Assembly (NCBI RefSeq): GCF_009914755.1
Contig: NC_060926.1
Length of the DNA: 64,000 nucleotides
Reading direction: 5' to 3' (one strand)
Origin: the human T2T-CHM13v2.0 reference genome, Homo sapiens
In this document: in pieces, positions 35,815-54,901 of the stretch
Layout of the letters: the number at the start of each line of letters is the position of its first letter
Position numbering within the stretch: position 1 is the first letter of the stretch
Notes under the pieces: model-generated
What the model saw: the letters and a program-made list of their open reading frames with translations, nothing else
Told to the model about the DNA's origin: nothing
Database searches by the model: none
Program-made: the position numbers and the translations under genes

Positions 35815-36720
35815 GATATCGTGATGTAATAAGAAATATGTATTTGGTGTTAGTCCCTAGTTCCCTTGTAACTTCCTGAGTGGTACTGGTAGGAGGAGCA
35901 TCTTTTTCTATTCATAATAAGCCCTTTCAACCATGAGCTTATGCTACTGGGGTGACTCTAAGAGGAGAGGGGCTGGTTGCCAGAGGTAGCAACCATGTGA
36001 TTAGAGGGGTGGAACTTTCCGCTCCAGGCACCCCACCTCCAGGGAGAGGAGAGGGGATGGGAATTGAGCCTGATCACCAGTGGCCAGTGATTGACTCAAT
36101 CATGTTTACATAATGGAAACTCCATAAAAACCCTAAATGAGGGGGTTTGGAGAGCTTCCAGGCATGGAGGTGCTGGGAGGGTGGTGTATCTGGAAAGGGC
36201 AGGGAAGCTCCATGCCTCTTTCCCACCTTTCCCTGTGTACCTCTTCATCTGGACTGTTCATTTGTATCTTTTATAATACACTAGTAATCATAAGTTAGGA
36301 GCTGGGAGTGGTAGTGCACACCTGTAGTCTCAGCTACTCACGAGGCTGAGGTGGAAGGATCCCTTGAATTCAGGAGTTTGAGACTAGCCTGGGTGACAGA
36401 GTGAGACCCTGTCTCTACAAAATTTAAGTAAATAAATAAAAGCACACATAAATAAGGTGTTTTCTTGAGTTCTGTGAGTCATTAAAGCAGATTATCAAAC
36501 ACGAGGAGGTGGCTGTGGAAACCCCTGATTTTTTGCCAAGTTGGTCAGAAGTAGCAGAGGCCCGGGACTTGTGTAACTGAGCATGTAATGTGTGGCGTCT
36601 GTGCCCACTGTGTGTGGATAATATCACAATTGAATTGTAGGACATCCAGTTGCTGTCAGGAGAGTTGGAGAATTGCTTGGTGTGGAAAATCCACACATTT
36701 GATGTTGTGAGTAGAGATAT
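35815..36720. mobile_element. MER21-like LTR in the opposite orientation, with a FLAM/FAM insert
   Basis: tgtaataagaaatatgtatttgg..aaccatgtgattagaggggtggaactttc..gaattgtaggacatccagttg. Confidence 0.7.
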
Positions 36721-37208
36721 ACAGGGTTTTCTTTTATTTTATTGTTTTAAACCACTGAGAGTTGGAGGGTGTTACTGCAGCATAATCTAGTTAGTTCATC
36801 CCAACTGTTCATTTCTCCTCTGTTCAGGAGTCTTAGAAGTGCCTAGAGCTGTTGACCAGCTGGTGGATGTCAGCTGAGGAGTTAGTGATGGAGCCACACT
36901 TGATGGAAACTCATCCTCTCCCTGGTCTCCTCCCTCACACTTCATTGATTCCTCATCCATCTTCTCTGCCCTTCATCTGGCACCACTCTGCCTTTTTCTT
37001 CCTTTCCACAGGCACAGTCTTACATTACTTCTGGGAGAGGAAGAACTGATTCTACAAATATGCATACAGGAAATTTTCTCTAGTGAGGGATTTTAAATCA
37101 TTGTTCCTGCTTAGGCATGGGCTGAAGGAGAAAACACTGCCACCCAGCCCTTGGGGCACCATTGAGAGAGGAGGCAAACACACAGAAAAAACAAGCAGAT
37201 TACTATTT

Positions 37209-37294
37209 CCATCCAAGTGCTAACCAGGCCCGACTCTGCTTAGTTTCCAAGATCAGACGAGATCGGGCACGTTCAGGGTGGTATGGCCGTAGGC
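37209..37294 (-). pseudogene. 5S rRNA retropseudogene, nt 1-86 only (possibly the annotated RNA5SP86)
   Basis: Reverse complement GCCTACGGCCATACCACCCTGAACGTGCCCGATCTCGTCTGATC...GTTAGCACTTGGATGG has 6 mismatches to human 5S nt 1-86; flanked by CAGATTACTATTTC and CAGATTATTACTTC. Confidence 0.95.
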
Positions 37295-37384
37295 CAGATT
37301 ATTACTTCGACCTACAACCCTGGTGCCCACAGATAAACACACACAACAGCCCTTTTTAAATAGAAAATGGACGATATTCTGGAT

Positions 37385-37683
37385 TTTTCTTTTTCTTTTC
37401 TTTTTTTTTTTTTTTTTTTGAGATGGAGTCTCGCTCTGTTGCCAGGTTCTGGCGTGCCATGGCACGATCTCGGCTCACTGCAACCTCTGCCTCCCAGGTT
37501 CAAGCGATGCCTCTTGCCTCAGCCTCCCGAGTAGCTGGGACTACAGGTGCACACCACCACGCCTGGCTAATTTTTTGTATTTCTGTAGAGACGGGGTTTC
37601 ACAACGTTGGCCAGGATGGTCTCCGTCTCCTGACCTTGTGATCTGCCTGCCTCGGCCTCCCAAAGTGCTGGGATTACAGGCGT
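37385..37683 (-). mobile_element. AluS
   Basis: TSD TATTCTGGATTTTTCT. Confidence 0.92.
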
Positions 37684-38774
37684 ATTCTGGATTTTTCTAA
37701 AAATTCCCCAACAATTTATCTGGGGCTGGGTGTGGCGGCTCACACCTATGATCCTAGCACTTTGGGAGGCCAAAGCAGGAGCTTGAGCCCAGGAGTTCAA
37801 GACTAGCCTGGGCAACATAGTGGGACCTCTCTACAAAAAAAATTAAAAAATCTATAAAAACAACACAAAACCCACAATTTATCTGGAAGGGCTTTTTATA
37901 TGATACTTTTTATATTAGCACATACCTTCTTTTTAATGACTATTTAGTATTATTGGCCTATTCTTCAAAAGTATTTGGTTGTTTTCTCTTTATTATAAGC
38001 AAAGCTGAAGGGGCCATCTTGGTATAGAGGAAAGGGATGAACAGACCACAGACATCCTCTTTCTTCCCTGAATCATCACTGTTCACCTTGTTTTAAGTTA
38101 TGGTCTTCCTCCTGAATTCATTTTTCATGATTTTTTTTCCTATAAATTAAATACATGTTTTAGATATAGTGAGGTATATCTAAGCTATAGTTATTGTGAC
38201 ACATACTGAGGGCTCTATTAACTGTTGATTTGCCTATAGAATAGAGATGCTCTTCAATTATTTTTTTAAATTACGTAAACTCTAAGTTAAAATTTTTGTG
38301 AAATGAATCTTCCAGATCGGGTGCGGTGGTTTACGCCTGTAATCCTAGCACTTTGGGAGGCTGAGGTGGGTGAATCACTTGAGGCCAGGAGTTCTAGACT
38401 AGCCTGGCTAACATGGTGAAACTGCATCTCTACAAAAAAATATAAAAACTAGCCGGGCGTGGTGGCACCTGTAGTCCCAGCTGCTTGGGAGGCTGAGGCA
38501 GGAGAATCACTTGAACCCAGGAGGCGGAGGTTGTAGGGAGCTGTGATCATGCTACTGCACTCCAGCCCGGGTAACAGAGCCAGACTCTATCTCAAAACAA
38601 AACAAACAACAACAAAAACACACACACACAAAACAAAGAAAATAAGAGCTTCTAACTTAATTTTTTTTTTCACTGACCCCACAATCTATCATGTAATGAG
38701 CAATCGAGTATAAATCATTTGGGAATCACTAAAATAGCTAAATACATTGAAGAAAAAAATAGCATTTAAAACAA

Positions 38775-39000
38775 CATTTTTATTTTAGGTTTAGGGGTAC
38801 ATTTGAGGGTTTGTTACATAGACAGACACCTGTCACGGGGCTTTGGTGTACATATTATTACATCATCCAGGTATCAAGCTCAGTACCTGATAGTTACCTG
38901 TTCTGCTCCTCTCCCTCCTGCCACCCTCCCGCCTTGAGTAAGCCCCAGTATCTGTTGTTTCCTTCTCTGTGTCCATAAGTTCTTATCATTTAGCTCCCTA
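38775..39000 (-). mobile_element. Short L1 3' end
   Basis: L1 3' UTR-like sequence (ggggtacat..ttgttacatag) flanked by AAAATAGCATTT repeats. Confidence 0.75.
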
Positions 39001-39427
39001 AAAATAGCATTTTGTAACCTGAATATATTCCCTTAGGAAACATCTTTTTTGGGAATAAAGCTTAGGTTTGTGTACCTATGCTTTTTATTTTAGAATAAAA
39101 AATGTTATACAATTTTTAAAGGTAGAAAATTATGTGATATAATCTTTTTTGAAGGTCAGAATTTTATTGCTTTGGTCCAAAGGCTTCTTCAGGCCCTTCA
39201 GAAAGAAGGCCATACGATGTTATCTTTAAAACATAACACAAAAGCAAAACAGTAAACGATGTGAATTTCTGACTGTAATAGTAAACAGCATCTTTACAGC
39301 TAGTTTCCCATTAGAGGTGATCAGAACAGAATATTACCAATGCCAGGTGACTCTGTTTCAGAGATGAAAAGGCAGAGAAACACTTACATCATGAGACAAG
39401 AACCAGATGGAAAGAGCTACTTGGCAG

Positions 39428-40497
<1,070 letters not shown>

Positions 40498-41279
40498 AGG
40501 GACTATTATGACGATCAAGAAAATAATAGGAAAAGACCAGCTGGTTGCCGTGGTATGAGCCTGTAGTCCCAGTTACTTGAGAGGCTGAGGCAGGAGGATC
40601 TTTTAAGCCCAGGAGTTTGAATCCAGCCTGGGCAGCATACACAGACACTACCTCTTAAAACAAACAAGCAAACAAACAAACAAGTCCAAAGTGTACTCCT
40701 CAACAAGTTCTAAGAAATGAACTCAACGAACCTAACCAAATCAAACAGGTCAAAGTTCAGACAATATAGGCAGTTTAACAATATTTGACTCTAGTTGGGC
40801 ATAGTCCTTGGTGCAGGATTTGGTGATGATTAAGAACTATAGTTTGCTGTAAAATGGCCTGATTTTAAAAGGCCATTTTTGTTGTTACCTGGTAACACAA
40901 GTCATAATAACCTGGAGACCTAAGGGAAGAAATTTATACTTTAGAAAACCTTGGAAAAAGCCAAGCTTGCCATTCACCATTCGGGATGCTTACAAACCAA
41001 CTGTCAGTTGCTCCCATAGACATGTCATCTGTTCCTTTCTCTTGAGAGATTTCCTTAACGTATCTGGTGGCAGTATCTTAGAAAACAGCAGTATCAGCCC
41101 CCTTTTAAATAGAGCTTTCTGTAATAAAAAAATCAAGGGAGAAATAGGTAAAACATTCAGTTTTGCTCAATAGCAAACAAAAGCCCCCAACTTAAATAAA
41201 AAGGGAACTTAAGCTACGTGATGTTCCATTGAGTGGTTTTGTTGAACGCATATGTTATTTATTTTCAGAGTGACTTCTA

Positions 41280-41950
41280 CTTGTTTGAAACCCTAGGAAG
41301 TCTGATTCGCTGCAAAATCCAAGATTTTTCTTAATTTATGGATTAGCTTTAAATTCCATTCTTCTGGTACCTCACTACTGCTGAAAGTGGCCCCCCAGGA
41401 ATCCCACTGGACTCTTTCCTCAGTGGAAACTAGCTTATCTTCATCAGTTTCAAAGTTGCTAATTTTGATTATCGACCATTTTGGCCTTTGATCATAGAAG
41501 CTACTACAGGAACATTCAGAGGAAGCTATTTGAAAGGCAGAAGGGAGCCAGCCAAAAAGCAAGATCCAAACCAGTGAGGAGGCAGAACAGAATGACCATA
41601 CCGCACAGACCCAGTATAAGCCCCCAGCGATTGGAAAAGAGGGCCACTTAGTTGTGCGGGAGCAAGGGTCGGTTGAGTTTGTTCACCCATGAATCCGCAT
41701 ACCTCCTACACAAGTTCCTGTGAACATTTTACTTTTTTGTAGTCCTTTAATAACATGCTATAAGGGTGTATAACCACCTTTAGTAAAAAAGGATCCTACT
41801 GACTTTAATCTGGTTACATGATACAAACAATACCTGTGCCCACATAGGTAATTCCCAGGTCTTCTGTGCATGATGCCTGGAAGCACAGTATTCTTTTTCA
41901 GGCATTACTTAGACAGGTTTTCTATATTTGGTAATGATCATTTTATTAAT
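41280..41950 (-). mobile_element. ERV env-like remnant
   Basis: Minus strand GLYWVC..VLPPHWFGSCF, similar to the SU C-terminal Cys region of class I env; lies between integrase and the 3' LTR. Confidence 0.5.
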
Positions 41951-43249
41951 GGGAAAAGTTAGAGTGTTGTTTCGTTTCTTTCTTTCTTTCTTTCTTTCTT
42001 TTTTTTTTTTTTTTTTTTTTTTTTTGAGACAGAGTCTTGCTCTGTCTCCCAGGCTGGAGTGCAGTGGCATGATCTCAGCTCGCTGCAACCCCCGCCTCCC
42101 GGGATCAAGTGATCCTCTGCCTCAGCCTCCCTAGTAGCTGGGATTACAGGCACATGCCACCACACCTGGCTAATTTTTGTATTTTTAGTAGAGACGGGGT
42201 TTCGCCATGTTGGCCAGGCTGGTCTCGAACTCGTGGCCTCAAGTGATCCGCCCCCCCCGTCGGCCTCCCAAAGTGTTGGGATTACAGGCATGAGCCACCG
42301 TGCTTGACCTAGAGTGTTGCTTCTAGCAAGTGCAGTGAAGTAAGTAGCAGTCATCTTTAAAATATCAAGGATAGCTTTCCATTCTTCCTTTGAAATTTCA
42401 GAGTGACTCTCATTGGGAACATGGAGAGGCACTGACATCAGTGAAACTGTTTTCTGACCTTGGCATTAGCCCACAAACCCAACAATTGCTCGGCTTTTCT
42501 TTTTTCTCTTCTTTTCTTTTCCCTTCTTTCCTTCCTTCCTTCCCTCCTTCCTTCCTTTTTCTTTTTCTTTTTTTGGAGACAAGGTCTTGCCATATTGCCC
42601 AGGCTGTACTTAAACTCCTAAATTCAAGCGTCCACCTGTCTCAGCCTCCTGAGGAGCTGGGACTACAGGCATGCACCATTGTACCCAGCCATGATCTGGC
42701 TTTGTGCTAGAGCATAAGCTAGAGTTGAATCCATCCACTTCTTATGGTCCCATGGATTTTACCACAGGCAAAAGGAAAGGATTAGGACAGAAGGAAATGA
42801 GGAAAAAAGAAAAAGCACAAAGCTTTAATGACGGCATAAAAGTCTTGATCTGTTATCTTAGGAAAGCTGTTCAAGTCTAGGATGTCATCTGCTTCTGGAA
42901 GAAATTTTTCTATTAATAGCTTTATCTTAAAGTCTTCAACAGGTATACAGTTCTAAAAGTCTGAAGCGGTTCTTTTGAGTTGTGAGATGTGAACCCAAGT
43001 TTCAAAGCCCTGAAGTTTCACTAAAGTATGGGTGGTGGAAGAACTTGGTACAGTTCCTTTCAAGGGGGTTCAAGAGCGGTGTTCCTCTGATGTTGTTTTC
43101 AGAAGGCCCAATCACCAGGTCCTAGATCATGAATGGTTTGATTGTCCTCAGTCAGTGGATCACAAAAAACTTCCTTTACCTAGGGAAGATACGCTTTGGC
43201 ATAACGCATTAAAGCCTTGCAGTATTTAGTCAAAATAAATGGAGAGTGG

Positions 43250-43950
<701 letters not shown>

Positions 43951-44079
43951 ACCAACCAGGATCCACCCACTTCAGTGGCATAGCTTAAAGTGTACTATGA
44001 TCGTGCCTTTGAATGGCAACTGCACTCCAGGTTGGGAAACATAGCAAGACCCCATCTCTTAAAACAAAAAAAGAGTATC

Positions 44080-47930
<3,851 letters not shown>

Positions 47931-48994
47931 CTGGTTTTTCAGCTGGTAGGATCGTAGAATTACCAGCACTGGTACATACAATTGTCTAAGTCCTTGTTTA
48001 ATTAAATCTTCCACAATTGGTGAGAGCCCTTGAAATGCTTTGGGTTTTAGTGACTATTGGAGTAATTTAGGCAAAGGTTTAGAATAATCTTTTGGATTTT
48101 TGTAGGTTCCACATTTTCAATCCTTCCTGTATCAGTTGAGGAAGAGGCCCATAAACATACAGGTATTTCAGAAACATCAGGGGCATTACAGTCCTGATTT
48201 TTAATCTTATCAATTTCTGCCCATAGAGAGCATAACAATTCTGGTGCAGAAGAGTCAGGAAACTCTAAGATTATTTCTCTTTCTGAGAAGAATATATACA
48301 TGCTTTTAGCTTTGGAGAATGTTCCATGTGCTGATGAATAGAATGTATATTCTGCAGTTGTTGGGTAGAAAGTTCTGCAAATATCTGTTAAGTCCATTTG
48401 TTGTAGGGTATAGTATAAGTCCATTGTTTCTTTGTTGACTTTCTGTCTTGATGACCTGTCTAGTGCTGTCAGTGGAGTATTAAAGTCCCTCACTATTGTG
48501 TTGCTGTATATCTCATTTCTTAGGTCTAGTAGTAATTGTTTTATAAATTTGGGAGCTTTCGTGTTTGGTGCATGTATATTTAGAATTGTGATATTTTTCT
48601 ATTGGACTAGTCCTGTTATCATTATATAATGTTCCTCTTTGTCTTTTTTAACCGCTGTTGCTTTAAAGTTTCTTTTGTCTGATATAAGAATAGCTACTCC
48701 TGCTCGCTTTTGGGGTCCATTTGCATGGAGTATCTTTTTCCACTCCTTTACCTTAAGTTTATGTGAGTCTTTACGTGCTAGGTGAGTCTCCCAAAGACAG
48801 CAGAAACTTGGTTGGTAAATTCTTATCCATTCTACCATTCTGTATCTTTTAAGTGGAGCATTTAGGCTGTTTACATTCAATGTTAGCATTGGGATGTGAG
48901 GTACTATTCTATTCATTGTGCTATTCGTTGCCTGAATACTTTGGTTTTTTTTCATTGTTATTGTTTCACTGTTATTGTTATATAGGTCTGTGAG

Positions 48995-49088
48995 ATTTAT
49001 GCTTTAAGGAGGTTCTATTTATGCTTTAAGGAGGTTCTATTTATGCTTTAAGGAGGTTCTATCTTAAAGATTTATGCTTTAAGGAGGT
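48995..49088 (+). repeat. 22-bp tandem repeat inside the L1
   Basis: ATTTATGCTTTAAGGAGGTTCT x3, a 9-nt spacer, then a partial fourth copy. Confidence 0.95.
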
Positions 49089-49491
49089 GTTTTGAGGATT
49101 TGTTTCAAGATTTAGAGCTCCTTTTAGCAGTTCTTGCAGTGCTGGCTTGATAGTGGCTAATTTTCTCAGCATTTGTTTGTCTGGAAAAGACTGTATCTTT
49201 CCTTCATTTATGTAGCTTATTTTCACTGTATATAAAATTCTTGGCTGATAATTGTTTTGTTTAAGGAAGCTAAAAATAGGACCCCAATCCCTTCTAGCTT
49301 GTAGGGTTTCTGCTGAGAAATCTGCTATTTATCTGATAGGTTTTCCTTTATAGGTTACCTGATGCTTTTGCCTCATAGCTCTTAAGATTCTTTCCTTCAT
49401 ATTGACTTTAGATAATCTGATGACTATGTGCCTAAGCAATGATATATATTTTTTTCTTTTTTTGTAGACAGAGTTTTGCTCTTTCACTTAG

Positions 49492-49665
<174 letters not shown>

Positions 49666-50766
49666 TGAACTCCTCACCTCAGGTGATCCACCCGCCTCAG
49701 CCTCCCAAAGTGCTAGGATTACAGGCATGAGCCACTGCGCCTGGCCTAGTGATGATCTTTTTGTGATGAATTTCCCAGGTGTTCTTTGAGCTTCTTGTAT
49801 TTGGGTGTCTAGATCTCTAGCAAGGCTGGGGGAGTTTTCCTTGATTATTCCTTCAAATATGTTTTCCAAACTTTTAGATTTTTCTTCTTCCTTGGGAACA
49901 CCAAGGAATTATTCTTAGGTTTGGGCATTTAACATAGTCCCAAACTTCTTGGAGGCTTTGTTCATTTTTTAAAATTCTTTTTTTTTTTTTTTGTATTTGA
50001 TGGATTCGGTTAATTTGAAAGCCTTGTCTTTGAGCTCTGAAGTTCTTTCTTCTGCTTGCTCAATTCTATTGCTGAGACTTTCTAGTGTATTTTGCATTTT
50101 TCTAAGTGTGTCATTGATTTTCAGAAGTTGTGATTGTTTTTTATTTATGCTATCTATTTCATTGAAGAATTTTTATTTTATATCCTGCATCATATTTTTG
50201 ATTTCTTTAAGTTGGACTTCACCTTTCTTTGGTGCCTTCTTGATTAGCTTAATAATCAACATTCTGAATTCTTTTTCTGGCAATTCAGATATTTCATCTT
50301 GGTTTGGATCCATTGCTGGTGAGCTGGTTTGATCTTTTGTGGGTGCTAAAGAACCTTGTTTTTTCATATTACCAGAATTGTTTTTCTGGTTCCTTTTCAT
50401 TTGGGTTGACTATGTCAGAGGGAAGATCTGGGACTCAAGGCCTGCTGTTCAGATTCTTTTGTCCCATGGGATGCCCCCTTGATGCAGTGTTCTCCCCCTT
50501 CCCCTAGGAATGAGGCTTCCTGAGGGCTGAACTGCAGTGATTGCTTTTGCTCTTCTGGTTCTAACCACCCAGTGGAGCTACCGGGCTCTGGGCTGGCACT
50601 GGGGAGTGTCTGCAGAGTCCTGTGATGTGATCCTGTCTCAGCCATAGATACCAGCACCTGCTCCAGTGGAGGCAGCAGGGCAGTGACGTGGACTCTGTGT
50701 AGGTCGTTTGTTGTGTTTTTCTTTAGTGCACTGGTTTTGTGTTGGTTGGCCAGGAGGTGGGCTTTC

Positions 50767-51030
50767 TTTTTTTTTTTTTTTTTTTTGTGAGAGGGAGTCT
50801 CGCTCTGTCGCCCAGGCTGGAGTGCAGTGGCGGGATCTCGGCTCACTACGAGCTCCGCCTCCCGGGTTCACGCCATTCTGTTGCCTCAGCCTCCTGAGTA
50901 GCTGGGACTACAGGCGCCCGCCACTACGCCTGGCTAATTTTTTGTATTTTTAGTAGAGACGGGGTTTCACCGTGTTAGCCAGGATGGTCTCGATCTCCTG
51001 ACCTCGTGATCCGCCCGCCTCGGCCTCCCG
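50767..51030 (-). mobile_element. AluY, 5'-truncated
   Basis: AluY diagnostics, CpG-rich; TSD AGGTGG(G)GCTTTC. Confidence 0.9.
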
Positions 51031-51740
51031 AGGTGGGGCTTTCAAGAGCACATCAGCTGCAATCGTATAGGGAGGATGTAAACTTGCCCTAGAGACACCT
51101 GGTTAAGTATGCAGGTTTCTCAGGCAGTGGGCAGGGCCATAGAGCTCCCAAAGAGATTATGATCTTTGTCTTCTGCTACCAGCTGGGTGGAGAAAGACCA
51201 CGAGGTGGGGGCAGGGATAGGCATGTCTGAGCTCAGACTCTCCTTGGGTGGGGCATGCTGTGGCTGTTGTGGGAGATGGGGGTGTGGTTCCCAGTCCAAT
51301 GGATTTGTATTCCCATGGGGAGCATGTCTGCCTCTCCTGAGTCATACTGGTCGCCAGGGAAGTGGGGGAAAGCCAGCAATCACAGACCTCACCCCACTCC
51401 CATGCAGCCTGCAGTCCTAAAGGCTGGTCTCACTCCCACTGTGGCCCCCCAACAGCATGGAGTCTATTAACAGACAGGTGGTGACCAGGGCTGAGAACTT
51501 GCCCTAGACCACCAGCTTCCCCATTGAGAAAGCAAGCAGACTCACAGTTTTCCGGCATCTCAGGGGCCCCGCAGCAGTGATCTAGTTCCTTCTAAGGGTC
51601 TGTGGATTCTCTGAGCTTTTCTGGTATGGTCCTGCAGTAGTTCTTGGAGAAAAAGTTCACGAGGTGAGTCTCCTCTGAGCCGGAGCTGCAAGCTAGTCCT
51701 GCCTTCTATCCGCCATCTTGCCCGCATTCTTTTAGCTTTG

Positions 51741-53150
51741 AAAGTAAGTCTTGCCCTAGGAAGTTTACTGGAGTAGTATCCCACAGTACAAAAGTATGTT
51801 TTTTCTGAAAATGGCCCCAAAGTCCATTGAACGAGTTCAAACATAGGAATCTCTTGAACTTCATTCAAAACCCCCAGCAAAAAACATAACGTTTTTACTC
51901 TCAGCGATTTGTTGATCTATTAAAGTGGCTTTATGGTAGATAGGAGGCTTTGGTATCCACCAGGATTGTACAAGATTTCCTTTATTCTAACTCTTGTTTC
52001 TCTATGTTTATTTAGAGGTGTTATGGGCAGCACTTTATCAGGGGACTCTCTTAGAGTCTGGTCAATTATCACGAGAGCTAAAATCTCTTGGGCTCTCTCT
52101 AGCCTAAAGGAAAGAGGCTTATTGGTGGACTGTCAGAAAAATGGAGAATTTCTTTTCCAGTGTCTCTTTTCTAGTCATTTGCAATAAAGGCAGATACTTT
52201 GGGACCTCTTGTTTCAGGACCTCTTGGTTGAAAAAACTTCATAGGTTGCAGCTTTTTGAAGGTTGAAGGGACATAGGCTTGTTAATCTTTGGGTTTTTTC
52301 TTCCTGTAGAGCCCTTTCAAAATGTTCAGCTACAGCCACCAATTCAGTCATATCTGTCACTTCCCATCTAGGTTTATGTTTTTTAATTAAACTGCTAAGT
52401 TCAGGACAAAATCTGCTTATAAATAGAACAGTTTATGCCGTTTCAGTCTCTGCAGGAAATGCTCCTTGCCATATGTTGAGCCCAGAATGTTTCTGAAATA
52501 GTGTTTCTAAGTGAGTTCTATAATGTGAAACTGGTTCATCTTTTTTTTTTCTTGTCTGCAGGATTGCATCATGGACCAATCAATTTTTGGTGAATGTGAT
52601 TGGTCCATCATGCAAACCAGAAGACAAAAATGTGTGAAAAATCTTAGAAATTGAATCTAGAAGGGGTTCAGCATTTTTTCATGCTCCTTTTGGCCCTTCC
52701 CATGAGGAGGTCTTGGAGGGGTCTTTAATATCCTCCTCATGTGTGTTCCATTCTGTTGCTGGCATCCATTTGCCAGGTCCCAATATCATGTGAATAAATT
52801 GGTAAAGGTCAAGGAGTCCTGGATCCTCCATTCCTAGGAAGATTCTAAATTCCTCAGTAAATTTTTGAGGGTTTCTCCTTGCATCAGGGAAGTCTTTTAC
52901 AATGGCTCTAAGCTCAATTTTAGATCATGGAGTTAAAGTGGTTACAGCAGGAAGGCCTGGCTGATCAGAGGTCTTACTTTGTAAAGACATCTGTTTGCCT
53001 TCTCTTTTGTCAATATTCTTCAGGGTGAAAGGGTAATTTAGCAAGGTTAGTGGACTCAGAATATTTAGTTGGGGATGGATAAAGAGAATAAACAGTTGTG
53101 GTTAGTTCAGTAAGAACATAGTCCTTGTTTCTTTTCAAAGTATCTTACCA
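51741..53150 (-). mobile_element. ERV gag remnant (capsid and degenerate CCHC knuckle)
   Basis: Minus strand reads roughly TP*SKIELRAIVKDFPDARRNPQKFTEEFRIF..DLYQFIHMILGPG, and CLYCK..HWKRN near 52150-52195. Confidence 0.75.
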
Positions 53151-53178
53151 GTGGAAAGTTTAAAAATTAATTTATTAT

Positions 53179-53812
53179 AGGCCGGGCGTGGTGGCTCACG
53201 CCTGTAATCCCAACAATTTGGGAGGCTGAGGCAGGTGGATCACCTGAGGTCGGGAGTTTGAGACCAGTCTGACCAACATGGTGAAACCCCATCTCTACTA
53301 AAAATATAAAATTAGCCAGGCATGGTGGCATGCACCTGTAATCCCAGCCCACTAGGGAGGCTGAGGCAGGAGAATTGCTTGAACCCGGAAGGCAGAGGTT
53401 GTGGTGAACTGAGATCGTGCCACTGCACTCCATCCAGCCTGGGCAACAAAAGCAAAACTCCATCTCAAAAAAACAACAACAAAAATAATTTATTGTAATT
53501 TATTGTTATTACTATTAATGATTATTTTGAGACAGGATCTCACTCTGTTGCTCAGACTGGAGTGTAGTGGTGCAATCTTGGCTCACTGAAGCCTCAACAT
53601 CCTGGGCTCAAGCAATCTTCCCACCTCAGCCTCCCAAGTAGCTAGGACTACAGGTGTAAACCACTACACCTGGCTAATTTTGTTTATGTTTTTGTAGAGA
53701 TGAGGTCTCACTATGTTGCCCATGCTGGTCTCGAACTCCTGGACTCAAGCAATTTTCCCACCTTGACCTTCCAAAGTGCTGGGATTACAGACATGAGCCA
53801 CTGTGCTCGGCC
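53179..53812. mobile_element. Tail-to-tail Alu pair (S-like +, J-like -)
   Basis: Alu consensus matches. Confidence 0.9.
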
Positions 53813-54444
53813 TTAGTCCTCTTTTATGATGTCCTTAGTCTGTTGTTTAAGATTTTCACTTGCTTTTTGCAAAGAATCTTTTACGGATGCAATTTTTGAT
53901 TTGTTCAGTCTTTTAGATCTTCCTATACTAATTAAAGGATACATACTATTGTTTTTATGTGGGATTCTGATTCCTTTTTTCTCATATGACTTGCAAATAA
54001 ATAATTTTAACCAAATTAAAACTTCCCCATTATCTTTTCTAAGTTGTCTCAGTGAGGTTAACCCATTTTTTCTGAAAATGCACATGTTCTGGGCCCATAA
54101 TTTTATACATAAAAGTAGCTGGAGTCCCAGAATGTGGAGTCCCAGGCTCTTTGAATTGAGATGAACTCATTACCAAAAAGGTACCCACCTGAGGCCCTCA
54201 GCCTCTAACTGAATCTAATCCGGTTGATTATTGAATCCAATCCAATCCCAAACCCAGCCCAGTCCAAAGATTGCTCAAACAAACTTGGAGAGCTGAGAAC
54301 ACAAATTCTTGGATCTTGGAATCTGAGAGAAAATTCAGCCACGACCTCCAGTTACAAACAAGAAATCAGTGGGCACAGCTGGCTTCGCAGGTATCTGGTC
54401 TGGTTCCCTGGTGTTCCTGGGGGTTGCTGAAGTTTTACTCTGTA

Positions 54445-54462
54445 TTCTCACTTCTGACACCA
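54445..54462 (-). other. Primer binding site, tRNA-Leu type
   Basis: Reverse complement TGGTGTCAGAAGTGAGAA versus the Leu(CAA) PBS TGGTGTCAGAAGTGGGAT, 4 nt from the LTR. Confidence 0.75.
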
Positions 54463-54466
54463 AATC

Positions 54467-54514
54467 TGTTAAAAGAAAAACTTTAGACATATTAAATTTA
54501 ACAGAGTTTAATTG

Positions 54515-54546
<32 letters not shown>

Positions 54547-54901
54547 AACAACCAAAATGATTTCTGAATTTGATAGCCCCCAGAATCAGAATAGATTCAG
54601 AGACTCCAGGGCTGCTACATGGTCAGATAAGATTTATGGACAGAAAAAGGAAGGTGACATACAGGAATTGTGAGCTACAGAAACAGCTGGGTTAGTTACA
54701 GCTCAGCGTTTTCCTCATTGGTACAAGGTCTGAACAGCTGGCCGCCTGCGACTGGCTGAGACTCAGCCATTGTTACAGAAGCATACTGCTGAGTTGAGTT
54801 TTCAGTTTGTTTAGGTACTAAGTTAGCTTGTTGTTCCTAAGTAAGAACTCAAGTATGTGAGTACAGAGGCTTTCTCAGGCCAAATTTAGTTTGATTTAAC
54901 A
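54467..54901 (-). mobile_element. 5' LTR (MER57-like)
   Basis: TGTTAAAAGAAAAACTTTAGAC...TTGATTTAACA inverted termini; homologous to 39428-39820. Confidence 0.85.

Noticed and set aside
33690-36720. Two MER21-like LTRs as the ends of one provirus or as an inverted duplication
   Set aside because: Opposite orientation and clearly diverged structure; better explained as independent solo LTRs.
48995-49088. Repeat array resembling CRISPR
   Set aside because: Eukaryotic L1 context, units directly adjacent without unique spacers, and no cas genes.
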